Shown here piece by piece: positions 9,368-20,748 of a stretch of 64,000 nt of DNA. Source of the DNA: Thermoprotei archaeon (lineage in GTDB: Archaea; Thermoproteota; Thermoprotei; Gearchaeales; WAQG01); contig JBMFIF010000002.1 of the NCBI GenBank assembly GCA_049976445.1, positions 5,115 through 69,114 of the forward strand, in the 5' to 3' direction. The first letter of the stretch is position 1. Every line of letters begins with the position of its first letter. Below the pieces are notes generated by a model. That model did no database searches. It saw only the letters and a program-made list of their open reading frames with translations, and was not told where the DNA came from. Made by a program: the position numbers and the translations under genes.

Positions 9368-10051
9368 TCAAATAAAAGGAACTCCATACAATATTGACAT
9401 CAACGCCCTAACTATTATAATCCTCACACCAATCCATGCTGAAATTAACATAAATGTGGCAGCCAGTCTATTAGCACTTAAAATCTCACTTGCAGCATAA
9501 GATTGAAGAACAATACACCAAGTTATCGGTACAACATCAGCAATAAAAACATCTAATATATAATAAACACTATTAGACTGTGCCCATTTAATTAATGCCT
9601 CTTGAAATTGAATAGATAATGGAATACCAGCCTCATAATTGTACTGTATCCTTGGGAGAAAAAGTATTATAATTCCAGAAATTAACCGTCCAAGACCAAG
9701 TAATAACAGCAAATAAAACGAGAACAGCACGAATATCTTATAATACTCGTGCTTTACAGAAACAAGAACAAGAAGCATAGTCGAGAACAATATTAATCCA
9801 GACCCCTCAATAAGATATATAATAAATTCAGAAGAATAATACTGAAAAGTATTACCAAAAATCCCATTAATTTCTATGATCTTCGACGCAGAAGCATACG
9901 ACTTAAACATGGAAAAGAATAGAAATATCATGAAAGCCATCATCGGGCTTAGTAGATCCGGTGCTACTCGTTCTTCCTCCATTAATGCGCGTGGATTATA
10001 AACAATCCTCGCCAACCGCCTTATCATTCGTTTAACGATAATTAATGACAT
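9368..10051 (-). CDS. multi-pass membrane protein (Yip1-like topology)
   Basis: Basic N-terminus followed by about five hydrophobic segments. No catalytic motif recognised. Confidence 0.35.
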   Translation of the reverse strand: MSLIIVKRMIRRLARIVYNPRALMEEERVAPDLLSPMMAFMIFLFFSMFKSYASASKIIEINGIFGNTFQYYSSEFIIYLIEGSGLILFSTMLLVLVSVKHEYYKIFVLFSFYLLLLLGLGRLISGIIILFLPRIQYNYEAGIPLSIQFQEALIKWAQSNSVYYILDVFIADVVPITWCIVLQSYAASEILSANRLAATFMLISAWIGVRIIIVRALMSILYGVPFI

Positions 10052-10226
10052 ACATTCTCTTTAATTGTAATTATCGAAGTATAAATAAATTTATTCAACA
10101 AAAATAATACTCCTTTGGTAGCGTTAAGAAAGTAAGCTTAAACATCAAGAATAAATATGTCATTCTCTTTCTTCTTCTAAGGTAAACTTTATTTTGCAGA
10201 GTAAGATAAAAATAAGTGGTTAGTGA

Positions 10227-12443
<2,217 letters not shown>

Positions 12444-12468
12444 AAGTATTCTATTTCATTTTATTTAG

Positions 12469-12690
12469 AAATTATGTGCTTTGTTGCATAATTCGTGCAT
12501 GATTTTGTGGAGCGTTTCACACATTCCCCCAAATTTCATGATACTTACTGATGTGGTTTTATGTATGCTAGTTAGGAGTACTCATTAAAATTGTGAGAAA
12601 ACATCATCAAACTCTCAACACACAAGAATCCTATACATAAAAAACACATCAAAAACACATCAGAATTATGCAACAAAGCAAAATTATAAA
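12469..12690. mobile_element. MITE-like non-coding element with terminal inverted repeats
   Basis: Left end aattatgtgctttgttgcataattc (12470-12494) and right end gaattatgcaacaaagcaaaatt (12663-12685) are inverted copies. The interior carries aaaaacacatca x2. A related right end occurs at 60.62-60.66 kb. Confidence 0.4.
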
Positions 12691-12818
12691 AAGAATTTCG
12701 TAGAACTTAGTTTGTGAAAATATTCTTAGATAGCAAAATTTTAATATGCTTATCCTGACCTTATTATCATTTTATTATATCTTAAAAATATTTAAGTAGC
12801 GCACCATATTAGTTATCG

Positions 12819-14201
12819 TTGGTGAGGATATTGGATGTTTATGGTAAGAAGCGAAAACGGGTTGTGATAATGGGTGCTGCAGGTCGAGATTTTCATAATT
12901 ATAATATTCTTTATCGTAATAATACAGATTACGAAGTTGTTGCGTTTACTGCAACACAGATACCGGGCATTGCTGGTCGTAAATATCCACCTGAATTAGC
13001 TGGCCCACTTTATCCTCAAGGAATACCTATTATGAGCGAAAATGAATTATCTCAAATAATAAAAAAGTATAATGTTGACGAAGCTGTATTTTCGTACAGT
13101 GATGTGCTTTATAATGACATAATGCATAAATCTTCAATAGTGTTGAGTTCCGGAGCGAACTTTAAGCTGATAGCTCCAGAAAAAACCATGATAAAGTCGA
13201 ATAAACCTGTTATAGCAGTTACTGCTTCGCGTACTGGTGCTGGAAAAAGTACAGTGTCTCGTAAGCTTGTCTCGCTGTTTAAGGAAGAAGGAATACGTAT
13301 TGTAGTTGTGAGACATCCTATGCCTTATGGAGACCTTTTAAATAGTGTTGTTATAAGACTTGAAAAGCTTGAAGATTTAGATAGATTAAATCTAACAATA
13401 GAAGAGAGGGAGGAGTTTGAACATTACATGAAAATGGGTATTGTAGCATATGAAGGTGTTGATTATGAAAAAATACTTAAGAACGCTGAAAGCGAGGCTG
13501 ACATAATTATTTGGGATGGAGGAAATAATGATACACCATTTTATAAGCCAGATCTTTACATAACAGTGGTCGACCCTACCAGACCAGGGCATGAAACGGG
13601 CTCGTATCCTGGAGAAATAAATGTTATGATGGCTGATTTAATAGTAATCAGTAAGATTAATACTGCAAAACCTGATGATGTAGATACTGTAGAGAAAAAT
13701 GTGCGTAAGCTTAATCCTAAGGCTACTATAGTTAAAGCAAAATTTGAAATTTCGGTTGACAACCCTCAAATGATAAAAGGTAAGAAAGTTGTAGTTGTTG
13801 AGGATGGGCCTTCTGTAACGCATGGTCACATGCCCTTTGGAGCTGGTTACATTGCTGCAAAACAATATGGGGCTTCAGAAATTGTTGATCCTAAACCATA
13901 TGCACAAGGCATATTTAAAGAAATCTATGAAATGTATAAACATACAGCCAATGTAGTACCAACAATAGGTTATGGTGCAGAACAAATGAAACAGTTACAA
14001 GAATTCATTAATAAAATACCTGGGGATACAGTAATATTGGGGTCGCCATCAGATATAAGCCGATATCTCAAGTTAAATAAGCCTGTTGTTCATGTAAAAT
14101 ATGAGATGGTTGATGTAGGAGAACCAAACTTCAGCTCTATAATAAAACAATGGATAGCTAAAAAAATTAAGAAAGCAAAATTGATAGCTTCTCAGTCATG
14201 A
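12819..14201 (+). CDS. COG2403-type predicted P-loop GTPase-like protein
   Basis: N-terminal VVIMGAAGRDFHNYN and P-loop ASRTGAGKST. Size and pattern match the conserved archaeal predicted-GTPase family. TTG start as given by the ORF track. Confidence 0.5.
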   Translation: MVRILDVYGKKRKRVVIMGAAGRDFHNYNILYRNNTDYEVVAFTATQIPGIAGRKYPPELAGPLYPQGIPIMSENELSQIIKKYNVDEAVFSYSDVLYNDIMHKSSIVLSSGANFKLIAPEKTMIKSNKPVIAVTASRTGAGKSTVSRKLVSLFKEEGIRIVVVRHPMPYGDLLNSVVIRLEKLEDLDRLNLTIEEREEFEHYMKMGIVAYEGVDYEKILKNAESEADIIIWDGGNNDTPFYKPDLYITVVDPTRPGHETGSYPGEINVMMADLIVISKINTAKPDDVDTVEKNVRKLNPKATIVKAKFEISVDNPQMIKGKKVVVVEDGPSVTHGHMPFGAGYIAAKQYGASEIVDPKPYAQGIFKEIYEMYKHTANVVPTIGYGAEQMKQLQEFINKIPGDTVILGSPSDISRYLKLNKPVVHVKYEMVDVGEPNFSSIIKQWIAKKIKKAKLIASQS

Positions 14202-14240
14202 AAATCTCTTTTCGATTGTAATAATTTTTAGTAATTGCTC

Positions 14241-14564
14241 TTAAATTTTTGGTTTGTAAATAGGATTCCTATCATCATGTGCTATAAGCTCTACAGCACC
14301 CTCACTTTCGAGTCTTTTAAGTAACCTTTTTGCCTCCCCCATTTTCACACTAAATTGGCTGGAGATCACCCATGGAGACAAATATTTAAAATTCTTTAAC
14401 TCCGCTTTTACCCTGCCCATCAATGATGTGTCAACGATTGCTGTAGTAGTTTTGCTCTCTTTCTTTGTTTCTTTGACTTCTTTAGCTTTTTTCTCCTTCT
14501 TCATCTGTTCTTTTAGCTGTTCTTTCTCAAGTTGTTTTATACTTTTCTTTCCTTTACCTCCCAT
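14241..14564 (-). CDS. rps25e: ribosomal protein S25e
   Basis: Lys/Glu-rich N-terminus followed by a winged-helix C-terminus (SPWVISSQFSVKMGEAKRLLKRLESEGAVELI). Length of about 107 aa fits. Confidence 0.65.
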   Translation of the reverse strand: MGGKGKKSIKQLEKEQLKEQMKKEKKAKEVKETKKESKTTTAIVDTSLMGRVKAELKNFKYLSPWVISSQFSVKMGEAKRLLKRLESEGAVELIAHDDRNPIYKPKI

Positions 14565-14589
14565 ATTACTCCCTTAATTATTTAGACGA

Positions 14590-14994
14590 TCACGTAAATA
14601 AGCTTATTTCTTCATCAGAAAGAGGCGACCATGTACTCTTCATCTCTGAATTTATTACATAATCTCGTATCTCGTTCATTTTAATAAAAACCCACTTGCG
14701 TGCTTTAGTAAACCGTACAGCACCTACAGCTTCTCTTATAGGATAGTAAGAAAAATATTCTAACCAATCATAAAGCCTCTTAACCTGTTCTCTAGGTATT
14801 TTAACGTTATTGTTTTTGGTGGTCTTAACCTCAAAGAATACTATTCTGTTATTTTTTGTGGCGAAACCATCAACGATGGAAGCTGGTATTCTACGTCCTT
14901 TCCAACCAAATTTTGAAAGATATAAAAACAGATCGCGTTCTCCACGCTTACCCTTATATTTTCCGCTTACTTTCTTTAGGCTCCGTTTTTTCAT
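14590..14994 (-). CDS. hjc: Holliday junction resolvase Hjc/Hje-like (PD-(D/E)xK)
   Basis: KGKRGERDLFLYLSKFGWKGRRIPAS ... D ... FFEVKTT matches the Hjc pattern (G..ER.L...L...G..V.R...S ... D ... E.K). About 134 aa. Confidence 0.6.
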   Translation of the reverse strand: MKKRSLKKVSGKYKGKRGERDLFLYLSKFGWKGRRIPASIVDGFATKNNRIVFFEVKTTKNNNVKIPREQVKRLYDWLEYFSYYPIREAVGAVRFTKARKWVFIKMNEIRDYVINSEMKSTWSPLSDEEISLFT

Positions 14995-15075
14995 GTCAGC
15001 ACTATGTTTAAATAATGCTTAAACTTAAATATTCTTTGTCTTTCAAAGATAAACTAGGTTTAGGTTGGATGCTCT

Positions 15076-18000
15076 ATGGGCAGGATAAATCAACTACCCC
15101 AAAAATATACGCCAGTTAATTATGAGCTAGAGATCTTTGACTTTTGGGATAAAAATAACGTCTATCACAAAGTTGTGGAATCAAGAAAAAATAGACCGAA
15201 ATTTTACTTTCTTGATGGTCCTCCATATGTAACAAACCCTATACATGTGGGAACTGCATGGAACAAAATAATTAAAGATGCATTCCTCAGGTTTTACAGA
15301 ATGAGAGGCTACATGGTTTGGGATAGACCTGGTTATGATATGCACGGATTACCAATAGAAGTTCAAGTCGAAAAAAACCTAGGATTAAAAACTAAGCGCG
15401 ATATTTTAAAACTCGGCGTAGAAAAGTTCGTTAACGAATGCAGGGAATGGGCTTTAAAAAATCTGAAAATACAAGAAAGACAGTTCAAGGAACTGGGAGT
15501 TTGGATGGACTGGGAACACCCTTACAGAACAATAGAAAATGAGTACATAGAAGCAGCATGGCTTTTTATAAAACGAAGTTCAGAAAAAGGATTACTTGAA
15601 CATGGTGAAAAAGTTGTCTTCTGGTGTCCAAGATGCCAAACAGTACTTTCTGGATATGAAGTAACAGAAGAATATAGAGAGGTGAAAGATCCATCAATTT
15701 ACGTAAAATTTAAAGCAAAAGAAATAAACGCAAATCTTCTCATATGGACAACTACGCCGTGGACATTACCTGGTAACGTAGCAGTAATGGTTCACCCAAA
15801 AGAAACTTATGTGAAAGCAAAAGATAAAAAAACTGGAGAAATCCTAATCGTCGCAAAGAAAAGACTTGAACCCATCGAAAAAGAAACTGGGGTAACTTTA
15901 GAAATAATTGATGAATTCCCAGGTTCAAGACTCGAAGGCATTACATATGAACACCCACTTAGAGATCTTATTCCAATACAATCAGACCTAATCCATAAAG
16001 TTGTATTAAGTGAAGAATATGTAAGTATGGAGGAAGGAACTGGCTTAGTTCACTCTGCACCTGGTCATGGTAGAGAAGACTTTGAGGTCGGTATGAGATA
16101 TAAACTCCCCGCACTAAGTCCTGTTGACGATGCTGGAATATTCACACTCGATGCTGGACGTTATTCTGGAATGTACGTTAAAGACGCTGACAAAATAATA
16201 ATCGAGGATTTAAAAAATAAAGGAGCATTATTATATGCTGGCGAAATAATCCACAGGTATCCGCATTGTTGGCGATGTAAAACACCATTGATACAAAGAT
16301 TATCTAAACAGTGGTTTATTACTGTGAGCAAAATTAAGGATGAATTGGTCAAGTTATCAGATCAACCAATATGGGTACCACAATGGGCCCTTGAAACTAG
16401 GTTTAAACCATGGTTACGGAATGCACATGATTGGGCCATATCAAGACAAAGATATTGGGGAATCCCGTTACCAATATGGAAATGTGAATCGTGCGAACAT
16501 AACATAGTAATAGGTTCGCTCGATGAACTAAAGAATTTAGCTATGTCAATACCGAATGAACCAATGGACTTACATAGACCATGGGTTGATAAGGTTACAC
16601 TAAGATGTCCAAAATGCGGTGGTCCAGCAAGAAGAGTACCTGATGTTATCGACGTATGGATAGATTCGGGAGTAGCTCCATGGGCTAGTTTAAAGTATCC
16701 ATCAAAAAAGGAGGATTGGGAATACTTAAAACCAGTCGATTTAGTAATAGAAGGACAAGATCAAATTAGAGGATGGTTTTATTCTCTCTTCACATCTGGA
16801 TATATTACGTGGAACATACCAATCTATCGTAAAGTAATAATGCACGGTTTTGGTCTTGATGAGACAGGTAGAGCAATGCACAAAAGCTTAGGTAATGTAA
16901 TCAATCCTGATGACGTGATTCCAAAGTATGGCCGCGATGCATTAAGATTATTCGAATTATCAAACGTGATATGGGAGGACCTAAGGTTTTCAATGAATGG
17001 TGTAAAAGAAGCATTCAGAACATTAGGCATAATATGGAACACATTCTATTTTGCATCATTATATATGAATCTTGATAAATTTGACCCCATAACGAACAAT
17101 ATAGATCGTTTAGGAAAATATCTACGTAATGAAGATAAATGGTTATTATCAAGATATCAGAAAATCATAAAATATATGACAGAAAGCATGGAAGAAGGTA
17201 GAATACATGACGCTGTCAGGACGATAATAAACTTTCTAGTGGAAGATGTCAGCCGATGGTATGTGAAATTAATAAGAAGAAGAGTTTGGATAGAACCTAA
17301 TGATCCTGATAAACTTGCTGCTTATACAACACTATACACAGTATTGGAAGGATCATTAAGATTACTCGCACCTTATGTGCCGTTTATAACGGAGAAGATT
17401 TATCAATCGATGTTCCGTAATGCACAATCACCACTTAGCGTCCATATGCTAGACTGGCCCTCTCCTCGTGAAGACTTAATAAACGAGAAACTTGAAAGGT
17501 TGATGGATATAGCAAAACAAATCGTAACAGCATCAAGCATGGCAAGACAAACAAAGGGTATGAAATTAAGAAAACCAGTTCAAAGAGTTATAATAGTTTC
17601 TAAACAGAGTGAAGTCTTAGACACCATAGAAACTTATGAGAATATGTTAAAAACACAGATGAATACCAAAAACATCCTCCTGGCACAGAGTGAAGAAGTT
17701 GAGAAAAAATTAAAGACAATAGAAGTCAAACTTAATCTTTCAAAAGCTGGGCCTATACTTAGAGAAAATGTAAATTCAGTAATCGAAGCATTAAAGAATA
17801 TGAACGGGTGGGAAGTATTAGATGTTATAAACAAAAACGGATTCATAGAACTTAGTACTAAAAAAGGTGTAATTAAGCTTGACAAAGAAATGCTCATCTT
17901 TGAGGAAAAAGTTTCTGGTGACTTTGCAGTAGGACAATTCGATGGAGGATGGGTATATGTTGATTTAAGAATACCAAAAGAGCTTGAAGCGGAAGCTTTA

Positions 18001-18294
18001 GCAAGAGAGATAGTAAGGAGAGTACAAACAATGCGAAAACAGCTCAATCTACCAGTAGACGCTTTCATTAAGGTTCACATAGCAGTTCCAAGCCAAGATG
18101 AAACAGAATTACTTCGTAAAACAAGAAAATACATAGCAAGTGAAGTTCGAGCACGAAACCTCAGAATCTCCTTAAGAAAGCCAAGTAAAAAAATGAATCT
18201 AGTACAAGAATGGGAAATAGAAAACGATACGTATATCATTGGAATTTCACTTATAATAGAAAATCCTGCACTCCAAAACAAAGTTGAAGGATAA
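15076..18294 (+). CDS. ileS: isoleucyl-tRNA synthetase
   Basis: Class Ia signature PPYVTNPIHVGTAWNK (HIGH region) and KMSKS-equivalent AMHKSLGN. CP1 editing domain present. Zn-ribbon cysteines (CPRCQ, CWRCK, CESCEH, CPKCGG). 1072 aa. Confidence 0.93.
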   Translation: MGRINQLPQKYTPVNYELEIFDFWDKNNVYHKVVESRKNRPKFYFLDGPPYVTNPIHVGTAWNKIIKDAFLRFYRMRGYMVWDRPGYDMHGLPIEVQVEKNLGLKTKRDILKLGVEKFVNECREWALKNLKIQERQFKELGVWMDWEHPYRTIENEYIEAAWLFIKRSSEKGLLEHGEKVVFWCPRCQTVLSGYEVTEEYREVKDPSIYVKFKAKEINANLLIWTTTPWTLPGNVAVMVHPKETYVKAKDKKTGEILIVAKKRLEPIEKETGVTLEIIDEFPGSRLEGITYEHPLRDLIPIQSDLIHKVVLSEEYVSMEEGTGLVHSAPGHGREDFEVGMRYKLPALSPVDDAGIFTLDAGRYSGMYVKDADKIIIEDLKNKGALLYAGEIIHRYPHCWRCKTPLIQRLSKQWFITVSKIKDELVKLSDQPIWVPQWALETRFKPWLRNAHDWAISRQRYWGIPLPIWKCESCEHNIVIGSLDELKNLAMSIPNEPMDLHRPWVDKVTLRCPKCGGPARRVPDVIDVWIDSGVAPWASLKYPSKKEDWEYLKPVDLVIEGQDQIRGWFYSLFTSGYITWNIPIYRKVIMHGFGLDETGRAMHKSLGNVINPDDVIPKYGRDALRLFELSNVIWEDLRFSMNGVKEAFRTLGIIWNTFYFASLYMNLDKFDPITNNIDRLGKYLRNEDKWLLSRYQKIIKYMTESMEEGRIHDAVRTIINFLVEDVSRWYVKLIRRRVWIEPNDPDKLAAYTTLYTVLEGSLRLLAPYVPFITEKIYQSMFRNAQSPLSVHMLDWPSPREDLINEKLERLMDIAKQIVTASSMARQTKGMKLRKPVQRVIIVSKQSEVLDTIETYENMLKTQMNTKNILLAQSEEVEKKLKTIEVKLNLSKAGPILRENVNSVIEALKNMNGWEVLDVINKNGFIELSTKKGVIKLDKEMLIFEEKVSGDFAVGQFDGGWVYVDLRIPKELEAEALAREIVRRVQTMRKQLNLPVDAFIKVHIAVPSQDETELLRKTRKYIASEVRARNLRISLRKPSKKMNLVQEWEIENDTYIIGISLIIENPALQNKVEG

Positions 18295-18306
18295 TTTTTT
18301 ATTTTT
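18295..18306 (+). terminator. oligo-T tract after ileS (archaeal-type terminator candidate)
   Basis: ttttttattttt immediately follows the ileS TAA. It merges into a tttttataaaaa TATA-like box about 20 nt upstream of the next ATG (18328), which suggests a leaderless transcript. Confidence 0.35.
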
Positions 18307-18327
18307 ATAAAAACATATTCAAGACAA

Positions 18328-18951
18328 ATGCTAAATGATTTAATAAGAAAAATACTTTGGGACCTAGCGCTAAAAAGAACTTTAAACAAAAATGACCTAG
18401 AAACATTAGGAATAACTGATGAAAACAACCCGGCATTAATAATAAGCACAGCATTAAGAAACGGATTCCAACTTAACGAAATATTAGAAATATTAACATG
18501 GCAAAATTTTGAACTTATAGTAGCTGGAGTTTATGAACTAAATAATTTCACTACAATAAGAAACTTTCACTTCATGTCGCAAAATAAAAGAAATGAAATT
18601 GATATTATAGCAATCAGAGACAAATATGTTCACGTGATAGAGTGCAAGCATTGGATAAGAACTAGAATATCAAGCAATATATCACGTATTGTGAATAACC
18701 ATTTATCAAAAACACTACTCTTCAAAAACATTGCAGAAAAAATTTTAGCGCCATTAACCATAAACAAATCAATGATGATATTAATACCAGTAATAGTCAT
18801 ACCACCAAAAAGTGTGCCAGAAAACGTTTCAGGTATTCCAATTGTAACATTGTACCAATTACAAGATTTCATAAACAAATTTGAGGATTATATAGATGAA
18901 ATCGAACATATACCAATAAAAATTACAAAAGATGAGAGCCTTGTCCTTTAG
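18328..18951 (+). CDS. restriction-endonuclease-fold protein (Mrr-cat / NERD-like)
   Basis: LTWQNFELIVAGVYE ... EIDIIAIRDKYVHVIECKHW reproduces the W..FE.L ... D-(x)n-E-x-K core of Mrr-type PD-(D/E)xK nucleases. Confidence 0.5.
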   Translation: MLNDLIRKILWDLALKRTLNKNDLETLGITDENNPALIISTALRNGFQLNEILEILTWQNFELIVAGVYELNNFTTIRNFHFMSQNKRNEIDIIAIRDKYVHVIECKHWIRTRISSNISRIVNNHLSKTLLFKNIAEKILAPLTINKSMMILIPVIVIPPKSVPENVSGIPIVTLYQLQDFINKFEDYIDEIEHIPIKITKDESLVL

Positions 18952-18985
18952 GGCAATGAAGTATTGTAAAAATGAACGAATAACT

Positions 18986-19738
18986 TTATTCACGTTTTGA
19001 CCATTGCAATAGCAAATTCTGTATAAAAACTTGAGAATCCTTTTTAGTGAAGTCTATACTATACCTTGCTAACTTAATTCTAACAGCATGCACGATACTT
19101 CCTGTTAACTGATTTACTCCTTCTTTAACATACTGCTCTCTAATTACAACAGTTCCAAATTTTTCCCAACTATCGATCGAATTAATGTCAATACCTAAAG
19201 TATATAATTTAGAAACGATTTCTGGTCCCTTAACATTAGTTAAATCTTCATGGATGTATGCTTGTGCATATGAGTTCAAAAAATTTCTATATGAATGTGC
19301 TGATCTCCATATTAAATAATTTATTATATCGTTTATACCATCAACCTTAACAATACGTCCATCAAAACCGATAGATCTTTTAGTAAGATCTTCTATTTTG
19401 TTAGCAAAGATTGATGCTGTATACGATGCTGTTATGGTAAGCAATTTCTCAACTCTACCATTAAAAGGAACATTGCCCAAGTATAAGTAATTTATTTCGT
19501 CAGAGAATGTATAAGCAAGAACTACATTAAAACCAATATTTCTCATGAAATCCTCAACCACTTGTATCATCAGTTCGTGAAAGCGTTTATCGAATGGTTT
19601 TTTAAGATTAAGATCTTTAGCCAATTTATGAAAATTATTACCATCAACTCTTATTATAAATGGTGCATCTACACGTAATCCACTAAATATTTCTTTAGAC
19701 CTAAAATATTGTTCTAAATAATTAAAATCAATTGTCAC
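18986..19738 (-). CDS. Thg1-like protein (tRNA-His guanylyltransferase / 3'-5' nucleotidyltransferase family)
   Basis: IIRVDGNNFHKL, KPFDKRFHELM, YTFSDEINYLY and FNGRVEKLLTITASYTASIF match Thg1/TLP signature blocks. Confidence 0.8.
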   Translation of the reverse strand: MTIDFNYLEQYFRSKEIFSGLRVDAPFIIRVDGNNFHKLAKDLNLKKPFDKRFHELMIQVVEDFMRNIGFNVVLAYTFSDEINYLYLGNVPFNGRVEKLLTITASYTASIFANKIEDLTKRSIGFDGRIVKVDGINDIINYLIWRSAHSYRNFLNSYAQAYIHEDLTNVKGPEIVSKLYTLGIDINSIDSWEKFGTVVIREQYVKEGVNQLTGSIVHAVRIKLARYSIDFTKKDSQVFIQNLLLQWSKRE

Positions 19739-19806
19739 AAAAATATTTACTCACTTCATCGATATTAATTTATTATAGTAGGTAGTAATATTGTTGTGAT
19801 TAGCTA

Positions 19807-20748
19807 ATGTATCAGGTGAAAATAATTAGTATCAATGAAAAGGATGAGATGGTCCAGAATTATCCGTCCAGAATACTTTATGAAGAAAAAGCTGATATAT
19901 ATGGTGTAGCTGTAAAACTTCTTACTGATTTAGATTGGGTTGACGAAAATTGGAGACGCAACTTCTATGCAATGTCAGATAGAATACGAAGTCATGCAAG
20001 ACTTTATGTCACGTTTAACAAGGAATATCCAGAGAATAGTGTATATTATGACCCTTTCACAAAGACAGCTTTCCTTTTTAACTTTGACTATTATGGTTGG
20101 ATTAAATCAATAGCATTAAGTTTAGCAGGTGATGTGTTGGAAGATGAACATGGAATATATTCAATACATGGCGCGTGTGTTGATGTAGATGGTTTAGGAG
20201 TAGTAATACTTGGGGCTTCTGGTGCAGGTAAGACAACACACACTTATGGTTTAATGAGAAGGGAAAAAGTTAGAGTAATAGCCGACGATTGGTTCTTCGT
20301 AAGAGGTGAAGAAAACCTTTTAGCATTCAGTAGTGAGAAGAATTTCTATATAAGAGCTGATATTGCCTCAATATGGCCTGAATATAAAATGCTAGTTGAA
20401 AAAGCTCAATTTGATAATAAAGGAAGAGCAATAGTGGATCTTCGATGGGTTGTCGGTAAGTATCGAATCCTACCTTTCACAACACTTAAGAAAACAATCA
20501 TCCTAATTAGAGATCAAAATGAACCAAGAATAATCATAAGGCCTTCATCAGATGATGCATTACAGCTATTAAAAGCTCAAGGATACGGTAATCCTCATTT
20601 CTTAGTTAACGATGAGAGAAAACAACGTATAAGAGAAGCATTTTTCAGAAAATTACTCAACATGACTGACGTATACATAGTCAATACAAGAAAAACTCCA
20701 GAGGAAACACAATCAGAGATAGCTAAAATTCTCAATTTAACCATCTAA
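19807..20748 (+). CDS. HprK C-terminal / PEPCK-like P-loop kinase-fold protein, function unknown
   Basis: IHGACVDVDGLGVVILGASGAGKTTHTYGLM ... VIADDWFFV resembles the HprK (LHG..V.V.G.GVLI.G.SG.GKS) and ATP-PEPCK (GLSGTGKTT ... IGDDEHGW) nucleotide-binding core. Confidence 0.45.
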   Translation: MYQVKIISINEKDEMVQNYPSRILYEEKADIYGVAVKLLTDLDWVDENWRRNFYAMSDRIRSHARLYVTFNKEYPENSVYYDPFTKTAFLFNFDYYGWIKSIALSLAGDVLEDEHGIYSIHGACVDVDGLGVVILGASGAGKTTHTYGLMRREKVRVIADDWFFVRGEENLLAFSSEKNFYIRADIASIWPEYKMLVEKAQFDNKGRAIVDLRWVVGKYRILPFTTLKKTIILIRDQNEPRIIIRPSSDDALQLLKAQGYGNPHFLVNDERKQRIREAFFRKLLNMTDVYIVNTRKTPEETQSEIAKILNLTI

